Part shown: positions 47,656 to 60,802 of the stretch, in pieces
Numbering within the stretch: position 1 is the stretch's first letter
Layout: each line of letters opens with the position of its first letter
NCBI GenBank assembly: GCA_052327205.1
Contig: CM126204.1
Coordinates: 302,498,001 to 302,562,000 of the forward strand
Source: Somniosus microcephalus
Taxonomy: Eukaryota
Direction: 5' to 3'
Length of the DNA: 64,000 nt
Notes under the pieces: generated by a model
What the model was told of the DNA's origin: nothing
Database searches by the model: none
The model's input: the letters and a program-made list of their open reading frames with translations, nothing else
Program-made: the position numbers and the translations under genes

Positions 47656-49370
47656 AATTAGAGGAAACTTTGCCTGCTGACACTGCTTGATGCATATAGT
47701 TAACAATATAGGAAAACATTCCACTCCTCAGCACTGACACCTTCACTGTAATGTGCACAAATTTCAAACTCTGCACTGGCGAAGTTTGCAACCCCAAATT
47801 ATCTGATATCATCAGCACCACGATCCAGTTTACAAGTACTGCAGTACTTGGGAGATTATACATGTGATATACTTTAAGTTATTCATTTCAATATCTAACT
47901 GTAACATTCTTGTTGACTTCAATTTCCAGCTTCATTGGCATGAAATATGCCTCGTTGGGGAAAACTCAATTTTATTTGGAGCGATGCACCTCCCATTGGA
48001 TTTTTCTTGAAACAGGTCTAGCATCAGCAGCCCCAGTGGAGTTTGTCAACTGTTCTCCCATCCTCGAACTAGCGGAGTGCTGCATAGAAGAGGAAGGGTT
48101 TGAAAATAAATTGGGAATGAATGAGGAATGCGCCTCGAGTCATTTTAGTCATTGAGAGGAGACATAGGAGACAAAAAGCTGCTTAGGGTGACTGTATGAG
48201 GAAAAGCGGCAGGTAGATTCATATTATTTTTACATCTGATGCAACCCACGAAACCAGAAGTAATTGTATGTGGTGTGGGTGTAACCTTATTCTATTGATA
48301 TAGGGTACTGTGGCATCCTTTTGCAATTTCTGTGTCTCTTTATAAATGTATGCAGTAATGATGGCCTTTAGAGAACTGCACAGGTAACATGGCAATGCAC
48401 AACTATGCTGTCAGTCAAATTGGCTTTGGCAGCAGTGTGGACAGGTCTGTAGCCCAACCTGTCTCTCCCTCTTGGCTGGTGGAGGGAGAGTGGCAGTGAG
48501 AAGTAGCAGTGGATTCCTAAAATGGGAGGCGGGAAATATTTCCAAAAGGCAGATGCCAAGGTTTATGCTATCAGCACTCCAATATGAAGCATTCCCCTTT
48601 GCTTTTTTCTTTCCTACTCTGTAAATATCTTTGGACAAAACTATATTGGCTGCTGCCACGAAGCAATTCCTGATAACCTGCATATTGATGTTTTCTGTAT
48701 ATTCACCTGTATTTCTACTTAGACAATCATAGTCCCTTTCTTGTTTTTCTTTATGATTCATCTGAGATAGTTCTGATGAAGCTCATGCATGTGTTTTCTT
48801 CAAATGTAGGAAATGCCGTCTGAGAATAGTATAACCCAGCTCTAGGAATTAGGCACAAGGGTTTTCGTGCATTTGGAAATGAGAAAAGCAGCTGTGGAAC
48901 ACATACCTGTCCCATTACATGATGAGTAACTGCTTCACAAAGCCATTTAAGGGATTGTTTCATTGAATCTAGAATAATTTCAACTGGAAACCTTATGGCT
49001 TATTGTGAAAGCGCCAAGGCCATAACTTTCTTTATTAATTTTAAAGTACTTTGCAAAATAACCTTAAATTTAAAAAGAACTTATCTCTTCTCATTCAGTT
49101 TAATTACTGAGATAAAGTAATATCAACTTTTCTTTGTTTAGCTTTTTATAATTGACCATTGACCTGATTGACATTCTAGCATCAGTCAGACAGCAGCCTA
49201 TGCTCCTCGCCCAGTGTCGTACTGTTTGACTGACTGCTCTGAAGTCAGATAGATAGATAGGATGAGCTTTTATATTATTTTATATCTGTAATTAGAGGAA
49301 ATTATAAACTCTAATCCCCACCCCCCCCACACACACACACACACGAGTGCAGTGTGCCACTTTTGTGCAT

Positions 49371-49404
49371 TGCTCCATCTAGCGGGCGGACAATGAACTG
49401 AACA
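49371..49404 (-). promoter_or_regulatory. CTCF-like motif with upstream module
   Basis: The minus strand reads TTCAGTTCATTGTCCGC-CCGCTAGATGGAGCA, close to the CTCF core CCRSYAGRKGGCRS. Confidence 0.45.
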
Positions 49405-50665
49405 AACTCACCTATTTTCACAACAAGCCGCCTTGGGATTTGAACTTGCTGCCATCTGGTTGGGCAGTAAACAAAGATTTAATTTTTTCCAGTTCTGGCA
49501 AATGCTCAGTACCTCCTACTTACTCTCTTCTGAAATGGGTCTGGAACATGCACAGTCTGTGATCACAGCAGCTGTGAATTTGAAAAGTGCAGTTTACAAA
49601 ATTGTTATAAATAACTGGTTTCATATTTTTTTAAACTTCTCAACAGTTGTCTCGATTTGACTAATCCTTCACGCTCTGCTGATAAGCAGATTGTGCCTAC
49701 GTGCTGAAAGTAGGCTAATAATGTAAAATTTAATTTTTTTAAAACATTGTGCTGTTTTTCAGAAGCTGTTTGGCTGTGTATCTAAGCTCTAAATATAATT
49801 ATTTTACATCCTGTGAAATGTAGAAAGAAAATTCCTTATGAAAATCAAACAATATAAAATGGAATTACAGATCTCTATTTTGAGACAATCTCGTGCCATC
49901 TGAGTAGACCCTTGCACCCTACAGATGGTTCTTGCATGCATAATGAATTCTTTTAATGACGCTGAGAGGCTCTCAAAGTTCCCTAATTTCCCACATGGTC
50001 CATAAATGACCACTGTAATCAGTTGAAGCTAGCATAGAGAACATGGAATATGTGCATGTTACACAGGATCCAGAGGCTGGAAAAGCTTGTAGTGGAATGA
50101 ATTTTTTCCCCTCAGCGTGTGTTTGTTAGTTATTCCCTGGCATATCTATTTGGATGGCTGTGAATTATTGCATATATTTATGTGGATAATGTAAAGGAGC
50201 ATCATCAACCTAACTCCTTTCTCCCAAACTGTACACGAGTTCCCATTATATTGCACCGAGGACAGCCCTAGGTTAAATGCATTCTTCCAACCCGATCCCT
50301 GATAAATGAGTCCAATTTGTATAGGAGTGTAGCTGGTGTTTGAGTTGAAGAGCTAAACTTCACAGAAAGACAACTGTGAGCACTTTACAGAGAAAATTAC
50401 ATGCAGCTGAAGGATGTTGTTATGGAGTAATTAGCAGGTACCTTTCATCATTTGAAAGCTTCCTCACATATTTTGTTTTCTCACTCTCTATATGTCTCCA
50501 AGGCCACGTGCCATTCCCCAGTTAAAAGAAAAACCAGAAGTATGACTCTGCCAACACTGGTCTTTATCAGACAACAAAGAGAGATGTGCAAGAGCGACCC
50601 GGGATGACTCGGCCACCATTTTGTTCCTCTTCCCTCCTGTGGGAGGTGGCTAGCTTCAGATCATT

Positions 50666-50758
50666 GGGGTATAAATTTGCCTTGCTAGCGCAAAACGAGT
50701 GATTTACACTCTGTCCATTGACGTCATTGCGCTACAACCCAAGACAAATTTATACACC
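50666..50758. mobile_element. Miniature palindromic MITE of about 93 bp
   Basis: GGGGTATAAATTTGCCTTGCTAGCGCAA pairs with TTGCGCTACAACCCAAGACAAATTTATACACC. Confidence 0.7.
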
Positions 50759-51739
50759 AATATGTCCTTTCAAGATTGAAACTTGGCATGTAGGGAGTCA
50801 AATGCTCTGTGTCCTATCACTGTGTGGCGGTACGTGGGAGCACCCTACCTACCATATCAATTTAATATCCTGTATTATTTTTGCTTTCACTGAGTGAAAG
50901 TAATACATATATTTCACCACAATTGCAAACTATTTATAGTTTAAACTATTAACATCATGGGTCATTTACTACAATTACTGCAGGAAGTTGGTAAAACAAA
51001 ACAGAAATATTACCATGGACTTGAGTAAAAATCAACAAAGTGAAATAACACCTTTAAAGGGTTAACATCGCTCCCAGATAGTTGCAATACCCTGATGGTC
51101 AGAATTTTAAATTTGGTTTTTACTTCAGTAATTAAGTTACTGTGTGAATGGGGCTTAACATTGTGTTCAAGAACATATCACAGAGCAGGTGTTTTAGATG
51201 GACTCTCTAATAGCATTGCCATATGTCAGAGAATGTCCCAGAGAAGGACCTCTCTACTCTCATAGGACAAACTACTGGAGCAGCACAAGGCAAAAAGAAA
51301 TTTGGACATTCAAAATGGTCTAAGTTTTTTTGAAATAGTTTATTAATGTATATAAAAAATACACTTGTGGTTATGAATTGCAGAGATAATTTCTTTCCTA
51401 ACAAATCATGGTGTTATAACACCAGTCCCATAGCTTAAAGTCCACGTAACTGCAGATGTGATTTTTTATTAAATAATCCATGTTGGACATGATTTATTAG
51501 AATGCATTTTGGCTGAGGGACTTAATTATAGGATTTCTCTATCTAACTAGTCAAGTCCGAACTTGTGAAAATGCTGCCTCAAGTGTACTGATAAGAAAGA
51601 TATCTTGAAAGTCCTGAAAAATTGGATGTCCTGGAATCATTTGATAATTTTGTCAATCCCGAATGCTTGAATGACCTGAGTGTGATAGCATTTTCACATC
51701 TCTCTGTCAATTATCTTCTCATTAGTCTGTCAATACATT

Positions 51740-52475
51740 GGCCCTAAAATTGCGGTGTGTATGATGGCGTACTCTCAGAGTACACCGTCGTATTCCCTTT
51801 GAAATCCATTGCATGTTTGGGATTTCCACATGTGCTTACGCATGTGTGAATTCTGGAACTTGCGGCCTGTCAGCGTATGCACTGACAGGCCATCCGCGGG
51901 GGCCATGAAAAAGCAATTGCTGGTGCAGAGTTGGGCTATTTGCCCACCGACTGGCCAGTGATTGTGCACGGAAGTCTTATGGTTGACACAAGCAGGCACA
52001 GGGCCTGTATGCATCAGCGTAAGGGGCTAGCTAAGCCGTTAATTAAACATTTTCATATCCTAAATTATGCACATACACGCTATGAAATTAGTTTATGCAA
52101 ATATTGACCCGGATTACAGATTTAATGTATAAAATTATTAAAACATTACATTTTTAGTGAGGTAGGTGGAATGAAGGCAATTACGAATAAAATTCAATTT
52201 CTGTAAATTGTATAATTGTTAGATTTCGGAATTCCATTGCATCTTATTAGGGGATTCCCTTCGTAAATGGTTAAAATAAATTCTGCTTATTGATTGGAGA
52301 ACCAGGCTCACGGATCCCAGGTACACTTCCGCACCACCTGCCATTACGCTACCCTCTGCCTCGCAGCCTCAGACCGCAAGTTTTTGCAGCCTGGGCGCCA
52401 GCAGGTATTTTTGTAATTCTTTCGCGGGTCAGAGGCGTACTCCGGAGGTACGCCTCCGACTGCAATTTCTAGCCC
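51740..52475. mobile_element. PIF/Harbinger-type MITE
   Basis: TIRs GGCCCTAAAATTGCGGT and ACTGCAATTTCTAGCCC, with subterminal palindromes at both ends. Flanks are ATT/ATA. Confidence 0.8.
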
Positions 52476-52864
52476 ATAGTGTGGTGAATAATTCTGGTTA
52501 TCTGATTTTTTTTTTAAAACAAATTTTTAACTCCTTTCACACTTCTTTCATAGCATTTCTTTCAATCTTCCCGCTGTTGTCCTTCTCTCCCCGCTCATTT
52601 TTTGGATTTTCTCTATCACTTTCAGCTCTGTCTCCTGCTGTTTTCTAGCTGATTCTGCAGTTCCCCTTAATGTCCCACATTGCCTGACGATGACACAAGA
52701 GTTCCGTCACATAACCATGAAGTAAAATTGGTTGGTGTGTTAACCCTTCACCTTCAGAATAATGTTCACTACATTAAAAGTAAATGGAGTTGCTTTCTCT
52801 GTGCAAAAAAATTACAAAGATTGCACTGCAATACTGAACCACCGGATTTTTCTTTCCCCTCAAT

Positions 52865-53025
52865 AAACTGTAACCTAAGAAATAAAAGAAACTGCAAGTG
52901 CTGAAAATACATAACAGATCTGTCGGCACTGAAAAGAGAAAAGATAGGTTAACATTTTTGAAAAATGTTTTACATCTTTCTGCCCATCTTTTTACAAATG
53001 TTGACAGACCTGTGTATTTCCAGCT
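52865..53025. mobile_element. Degraded palindromic Penelope-type repeat
   Basis: GCTGAAAATACATAACAGATCTGTC ... GACAGACCTGTGTATTTCCAGC form inverted arms related to 26688-26822. Confidence 0.5.
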
Positions 53026-53954
53026 CCTCTCCCTTCTTCACTCTGCCCTAAGTCATGCTGGGGTATGTTTGCAGATGTGTCAGCCACCTACATCAAAATT
53101 GCCATTTTTCATACGATGAACCTAGTGAATGTCGGCAGGCTCTTTATTTGTTTCTAGTAGGATAACCTCTCGTTACCAGTTTCTCAAACACACCATGTAA
53201 ATACAGCAATCATCAATTAATTCAGTACAAATCCGGTCACTCTTACCCCTTTTAATGTTTGTATGGTTTACTGTACATGTAACGGTAAACATTAATTGCA
53301 CTGTTTTGGAACTGCTGATAACATAAAATTGTGACCTTCTTTAACTATTGGAGCAAACAATTGTTGTTTTAAGTGTGCTTGCAGTGATAATTGATATTTC
53401 GGTAATGTAAACATGTGATGAGCTCTTGTATAGTTGGTGTGGTCTTTATAGTAGGACTATTTATCATTATTGCTTGTTCTGGCATCTGCAGTCTGTAAGT
53501 GCTGTGCTTTCTACAGTGGGCGGAACAATGTTCATCCCATCCCAGCTTAACACCATTTTTCTGTCTCGACTACTGATGCTTTTAAGGCTTAATCGTGTCT
53601 CCCAGCATATAAAAGCTTCTTGGCCACAGGAGTTGCCTACAAGATCACATGTACTATGCAGTGCATTTTTAATCTTTTAAAACATGCTGCCTTCTACCCT
53701 AATCAAGAAATGTGCAAACCTGTGGTACAATCTTATTTACAATTCACTTCCCAACAGTTCATTGTACTGTGGTGCAACTGTCTGTTTCTGTGTTTTAGTG
53801 TTGTTGAGACTGGTAATCATCAGAATATGTCATGTACGTGAATGGAAAGTGGCAAACTGGTAAGCCATTAGAACTATACTATATCTAAGATTGCTCCAAC
53901 ATCATCTGATTTATCCTCTTGCGTTTCTGACCCTGAGGGTTATTACATACTGAG

Positions 53955-54410
53955 ATACAGGACAAAGCAACCCGCTTGATTGGCACCCCATCCACCACCT
54001 TAAACATTCACTCCCCCCACCACTGGCGTACCGTAGCTGCAGTGTGTACCATCTACAAGATGCACTGCAGCAACTCGCCAAGGCTTCTTCGACAGCACCT
54101 TCCAAACCCGCGACCTCTACCACCTAGAAGGACAAGGGCAGCAGGCGCATGGGAACACCATCACCTCTAAGTTCCCCTCCAAGTCACACACCGTCCTGAC
54201 TTGGAAATATATCGCCGTTCCTTCATCGTCGCTGGGTCAAAATCCTGGAACTCTCTCCGTAACAGCACTGTGGGAGTACCTTCACTACACGGACTGCAGC
54301 GGTTCAAGAAGACGGCTCACCAGCACCTTCTCAAGGGCAATTGGGGATGGGCAATAAATGCTGGCCTTGCCAGCAATGCCCACATCCTGGATCGAATAAA
54401 ATTAAAAAAC
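53955..54410 (+). mobile_element. 3' end of the second CR1-group LINE family
   Basis: Highly similar to 1440-1890 (IGTPSTTLNIHS, CTIYKMHCSNSPR, GGGCAATAAATGCTGGCCTTGCCAGC). Confidence 0.92.
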
Positions 54411-54459
54411 GAACTCTAGGTGGTACTCTCCGATATCGCACCCTAGTGGCCGGAGTGGA

Positions 54460-54625
54460 CAGCGACTGTTTAGCTATTTGATTTTTGGATCATTACAGTT
54501 GAGCCAAACGCTCTCCTGTTGTCCACACATCTGAACTTCTTTCAAGGGTTGCTGGATAATTATCAGGAGCTGTGCTGGGGACCAACCTAATTTTTCCAAT
54601 TCCTAACCTAAGGACAGTGATCCAT
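54460..54625 (-). mobile_element. Ancient SINE fragment (same family as 61785-62230 and about 55480-55665)
   Basis: GGGTTGCTGGATAATTATCAGGAGC resembles the reverse complement of GCTGATCATTATCCAGTGACC at about 62101. Confidence 0.45.
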
Positions 54626-57600
54626 TTATCCACTGAGCTACTATGGGGGGTGATTGCCTGAGACCATTTTAAAATTGTTTTCCTTTTTAAAAAAAAAAAA
54701 CTTTTGCGACTGAAATTACAAAATCACAGTACATAATGTGGGAGGATGAGCAACTGGCTCCTATTGTTAAAGTAACATTCAGGGTGATCAGAACAATTAG
54801 GGTTTAACCATATTAGTCTAAGAAAATAATTTCATCTTATCTTCTAATAAAATGCTATGAAGAAAGGGCAGAGTATTAGAACTAAGTGGATAGCTCTTTC
54901 AGAGAACCAGCAAAGGTGAGATTGACCGAATGGCATCTATGCTCCAAATTTCTACATCACTGAAACTACAAAAAGCTAAGTAACAAAGATGATCAAGTCT
55001 AAGCAGAGAAATTTATTGAATCTTCAGCTGCTTCTCAATTGTCTGAACAAACAAAGACATTGAGATCCTGTTCTTGATTTTGGTGGCGTCAAATGACTCA
55101 GGTAGTCGGCAATTAGTTTTTGAGTGGCCTAGTCACTGTGCAGTTTATTCAGTCAATTGACCATGTAAAGCGATTTAATCCACCGATTGGCTTTCTCCTT
55201 GTGGTATTCCAAAATCGGCTCATCATTTTTAAGAAGGCCAACCCTCAAAGCTTTTCACTTCAGGCTTATTTGGGTACCCTACATGATGCGCACATTTCCT
55301 CTGCTAGTTTTTTCATATATTTGCTAGCAACAATGGAAACTAATTCCTATGCTGTCAGAAAAAGCTAGACCATTACTTTGGAGGGTTTGCCCTCCATTTG
55401 TGTTCCAGTCATTCTGAAGGTGCTAACTTCTGTTGCAGTGTAGTCCCACTGCCATCCAGTACCTCACCCACGTGGTCACCCATGTGCAAACGTGCACAGC
55501 AAGGATTGGCCAACTATCTGACAGTGGGAGATATCACAGCTGAGTTTTGCTCCTTTGATTCTTTTCAGCAGGAATCACAGGATAGAAATCAGGAGCTGGA
55601 ATGCCCTAGCACAAGGGCACTGGGGCCAGTTGTAGCACCTAACTGCAGCCCTAGCTGAAATCTAAGCAGAAGCTTTTAATGTGAAGAGATTTCAACAAAA
55701 TAAATGATGATCAAACCAACTTCCAGCACACAATGACCTGGTCATATGCATTTTATATAAAGACACATGAAGAATTCCTATATATTATGTGCCTACTGTA
55801 AAACTGACTGATTTTTAGACTTTTTTTCTGTGAGCAAAATGTTACTGATTTTAGATTGGACTACGAAAATGTCAACAAAGCAAACCGCACCCATCCCGCT
55901 CCTCCCTTAAAATTTCAGGGATGTACATTCGGGCTTTGGCTTGTGCACCTCTGTGAGATGGCTCTTCTGGACGTGAATTCTGTTTGCTTTTGCTTCTATT
56001 CTGGTCTTACTGCAGCATGTAAAATCTCTCAATATTTTAATGACCCATCTCTCTGCCTTGTGCAGAGGCCCCATTTCCTGTTACAGTATCAGGGGCTTGG
56101 CTTTTAATCTGGAGCAAAAAAGGAAGCATGGGAACAACCCATACATTAAAATTTAGCGTGGTTTTCTTTTTGCTTAAAAATCGCTTGCAATATCCAGTGC
56201 TGTAATTACAGATTCAAGGACGGTTATCATTTCACTGTGTGGTACTGTAGTTACCATTTCATGGTGACATCATTCCAACCATATTTGCTGACAGCTGAGA
56301 GTTAAATCTGGGGTATATTAAGACCCACTTTATTGCTTTTAGATCTATATAGTTTGCCTCTTATTTTTATTCACCTTCCCCAGGGATGGGGACACCTGTC
56401 TGGGGAGGCCTGCAGGGGTTTCTGTTTTCTGTTGTATTTTACTTCCCCGTGAGACCTGGAGCATCAGCTTACTGTAGGAGCCAATGCCATTGTCTTGTCT
56501 TTGTCGAAAGGTCAAAACTGAATAAAAAGCACAGTATCCACCATCAGAGCACAAAGAAAGTATTGACTTTCCTAATCCAGTTTCGCTGAAGGGTGAGAGA
56601 ATTAAATTAGTTATCTGGGTGAAGAAATCGAGAGCCTATGAAAAAAGATAAGGAGGCGGTTGTGTTTTCTCTGGGAGCTTTCGGCCCAAGATGCGCAGGT
56701 GTGTCACCCGATCCATGACTCGCATCGATCGGGCTGTGCAAATGCATATTTAATTAGTGCAGGGACTTGGAATGCATTATGGCCCTGAAGTTCGCATTGA
56801 ACGGACTGTCAGGCTTTGTGAATGTTCTCCCCTGGTTCGTTGTTCAAGGCGCTTCTGTACTGTGTCTGAGCAGCTAAAAGTTTCTTTGTTTTTAGCTGCT
56901 GATGCGTAGCACACTGCTGAGGGGAATACAAACAAGTAAAGTCTTAAAGTGTTTATTTTTGTCTGGAAATAAGGCTGAGCCAACACGATGAGAGACAGGG
57001 GACGTGATGGTGATGGCGAATGATTATTAGATTCGCATTTGAATGAAACTATATATTTTCCCCGTTTAAAAAAAAAAGGAATTCTTCTTAAAAAAAAAGT
57101 AACTATTGTAGGAATAGCCTGTCATTTGTCTATTTTCTCTTTCACATCTCAAACATTAAGCTATTTTAAATCTTAAGTCCCAGGCATTCCCTCCAAGATT
57201 TGCAATATGTTTCACGTGTGCTCCACTGGTCTGCTGGTCCGGTCATGATTTTTCTCTCGAGAAACTAAAAGACAGTTGCTTTAAAAACAATTTGTTGATT
57301 GGCAAAATGAGAAGTTTGAAAGGGATTCCCATATTGAATTGTGATTGCGAGAGGCTTGTAAACAGCATCAACTATGTGTTATGCAAAAACAATGCTGAAG
57401 TAAGGGTCATGAAATATTAGCCTTGCAGCAATAAGCAGTTTCACTATAAATACTGTACCACATTTCTTAGTTGTTTCTCGTGAATAGTGCTTTTCATTGG
57501 TTAAACAACTTCTGTCAAAGGAATAAGGAACAACGTTCCAATTACTGTAGTACATAATTTTTTAACAATGGTATGTTTATATAGAATGTCTAGTACAAAA

Positions 57601-58572
57601 ATTCAAATATTAAAATTGTTTTTATGGTAATTTTATACAGATTGGTGTTGAATTGGATTTTATGCAAGGTAAAGTAAAGGTTCACTTTTTTAGGACAGAG
57701 CAAGTTTTTTAAATGAATAAGTGGGTCATTTTTAAAATCCTCTCCAGCCTATGGATAGCTGCACCAAATCTGTTAATATTATTTCTTGGCCAATTTGGCA
57801 TGCCTTTTAGAAAGGCCCTGATCCCCAGACACTTTCAGTGTCCTTTAGCACCCTGGCTGAACCTAGCAAAACTTCCCTGGAAATAGGCTAACCGGGAGTA
57901 TGATAGAATATTGGGATTTAAACTCTGGCCTTACAGTTCATGGTCCAAAATGCCAGCTACTAAGGCACTGAAAACTTACATCTATAAAAAAGATATTGTA
58001 GTAGATGCGCTTTCTGATGGTTTGGTATTCGGATCATGTCTAGCAGAGCTACTATGTAAAGCCACGTTTTCCATCATTAGTCATTACATGTCTTTTTTCA
58101 AAAACCACAAAACTAATTGTAAGTGGTTTCAAGCTCCCTCAAAGGTTAGGCTTCCTCCAGCTACAACTACAAATTTAGATATGATCAAAAGTTGAAATTC
58201 TAACCACAAATGATTCAGTTTTTACAGGGTGCCAGTTCACAACATAAGCATTAGTAGAAAGCATGTGTCAGATCACGTATCAAGGCCTAGATTGGATTTC
58301 AATCTTTTTTATGATTTTTGACTGGAATTTAAAACTAACTTTAAAAAAACTGTAGCACATCATTCTAGAGATTTAAAAGAATAACATGAACGCTGATTTG
58401 TACAAAGTGATAAGTTAGAAAGAGGAAGGCATTTAGGTGTAGAATCCATAGCTAGATTGGTGAGACTTCTTCCCGTATAGAGTAGGTGTCCACCAGGAAT
58501 TTGCTTAACTTATTTTTCCTGTTTAATTTGACTTGTGTTCTACAATGCTGTTTTGTAGCTGGGCCTCTCTTT

Positions 58573-60352
58573 GGGCTGGATTTTCCCAGCGGAGGTGGGT
58601 TCGCGGCGGGAGTGCTGGTTGCCAGGTTAAGGTCCCGCTCCTGTCTGCAGCCACTCTGCCAAAAGGATTTTCCGTTGATTGGGCTTGTTAAGCCCGCCCT
58701 GCGGGGTTCCCGACCAATTAAAAGGAAGCTGGTCTGATTACGTCATTTGATGAAGCGCCATCAGCCGGTTTCCTTTAAGGAACCACGGCCACATTGAGTT
58801 TGACAGTTGTGCTGTCAGTGTTCTGCAGCATTGAGGTGCCGCAAATACTGACAAGCACTGCACAAAGGTACACGGATGCACCCAGGCTCTCCCATGACTC
58901 CCTCCATATGCTTATGGAGGGAGTCACAGCACGCAGGGAGATTCTCTTCCCTTCCCATGGGTGGAAGAGACCTCCCCAGGACACCGATGCAGCCTGGTTG
59001 CACATTGCACAGGAGGGCAAAAGCCGGGATGTCATCATGAGTCCCTGGCTGCAGTGGTGCAAACCTTTCAATGATCTCAGTAGATCACGAAACGTTACTG
59101 CAAAGCCACACTCAACCTCATCTTGCTGTGCCACTCATCACATCCCCATCACTCTGCCTTCCCTACCCTACTCCTGCACATCCTTACTCGCACCAACTTA
59201 CCTTGCACCTCCACCCATCCCTCGCTATCTACATTATCACTTCCCCATCTCACTAGCCACCCCTCACACTCACTCTCTTCCTAGTCCAACCATTCCAACT
59301 AACAAACACAAGGGTAGGCACTTGGGTGTCTTCTGCAATGTTCATGTAAATTTTCTGTTAATGTGTTGTGCAACATTGAAATCTATATTTTCAACACTTT
59401 GCCTTATTGTACAGATCTGTGCTCACCTACAGATCTGTGCTCACCTTTGGAAGTGTCTTAGTGAGTTGCAGTGAATGGTGAGACATAGCGGTACCCCCGC
59501 AATGGTGATGAGTGTGAAAGGAATGGCTTGGTCATTGTAGGAATGCTTTATGCTGCTGGTGTGGGGTGGTGCCAACCTGGCGCATCATGCGGCAGCCAGG
59601 GTGTACAGCGTCAAGTGATGTAAATCTGGCCATGGTGATGCCATCGCTGGCCTCCCGGGCAGAAATGTGGTTGGGTGCTGATGTCCTGTGTCCTGTGCAA
59701 CATCAGGTGATTGCGGAGAAGGTCCGTGTTGTTGTTGGTGTGCCTGGTGATGTTGGCGCTGATCGTGGAGGGATTCAGAGGACCAAGGTGAGATTTTTCA
59801 AGGGCTCCGATGTTGCTGGAATAGATGGCAGCTGAAGTTAAGATAACAGAAGCGATCTGTCAATGGTGAGAGAACTTGCTCCAAGGAGGTGACAGTGGAT
59901 AGAGAGTTTACTCCAAGCACTTCCAAACTGCATACAGCTCAAAAGTGTCTTCCAAGTCCTGAAGGCTCAAGCTTCTGACATTGGAAAGTGGCCAGCAGTG
60001 AAATGGTAGCTTTCATACCACTTTTACAACTGTCACCTATTCAACGCAATGGGGAGACATATAGAGAACCCGACCTACTTACCTGACGTGACCTCCGAAC
60101 AACGGGAACCCCGTTAAAAATGTGGGAAAATAGAAAAATGCTGGCAAAATAGTGGTTAACAAACAGTCAACAAGCAGTTAACTATCTTAAATGCCCCACC
60201 CACTGCTTGGTGTTGGGTCTGTTCTGAAATCGCAGACCCGACACTTTGGAAACTCACACGGAGGCAGGTTCCCGACCTGTCGTCAATCATTTCAAATTTA
60301 ACAATTGACCTGCCTCCGAACCCGCCCTCTGAGCACCGGCAAAATCGCGGCC
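58573..60352. mobile_element. PIF/Harbinger DNA transposon, internally deleted derivative
   Basis: TIRs GGGCTGGATTTTCCC and GGCAAAATCGCGGCC, TTT/TTT flanks, matching subterminal G(C/T)GGGTTCG motifs, and a Myb/SANT-like coding remnant inside. Confidence 0.8.
58870..59090 (+). pseudogene. Harbinger Myb/SANT-like DNA-binding protein remnant
   Basis: APRLSHDSLHMLMEGVTARREILFP...AWLHIAQE...PWLQWCKPFNDL fits the Myb/SANT-like pattern (RFSxxxL...W..IA......R.W.QC.K.FNDL). Confidence 0.75.
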
Positions 60353-60620
60353 TTTGTGTTTGTTTGTTTAACCTCCAAATGGGCAGTTTACTCTAATTGT
60401 CAGCTCAGCTAGTTTGTTATTGCCCACCTTTTGAAGAGTTCCTATCTTGTGAAGGACCCCTGCTAGGGGAGAAGTCACTTCCTGGAAAGGCTCTGGATGA
60501 GCTGATTACATTTTGAACTGGAAACTTTTGAATGGTTCTTGCAAAAATTTATTTTTTTGTTTTAAAACTTGCAATACGAGCACGAGTGGAACTTTTCCCG
60601 GTATCTGCATATGTTATGTA

Positions 60621-60802
60621 CGTGTAGCCTGATCCTGCTCCTATTTTGTGTGTTTAATTCTGTTAGATTCAGGAGATGGTTCTGTGATAGTGGATTGGCG
60701 GTTAGGATCAGATCAGCCATGATCTTATTGAATGGCGGAGCAGGCTCGAGGGGCCGATTGGCCTACTCCTGCTCCTATTTCTTATGTTCTTATGTTCTTA
60801 TG
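60621..60802 (+). mobile_element. 5'-truncated CR1 tail of the same subfamily as 14285-18245
   Basis: Matches the reverse complement of 14285-14460, including the spacer TGTTAGATTCAGGAGAT...AGTGGATTGGCGGTTAGG. It ends in (TTCTTATG)3. Confidence 0.92.

Noticed and set aside
47811-47830. REST/NRSE site
   Set aside because: Only the left half (TCAGCACC) matches; the GGACAG half is absent.
52683-52715. Hammerhead ribozyme (CTGACGA plus stem)
   Set aside because: The required GAAA after stem II is missing.
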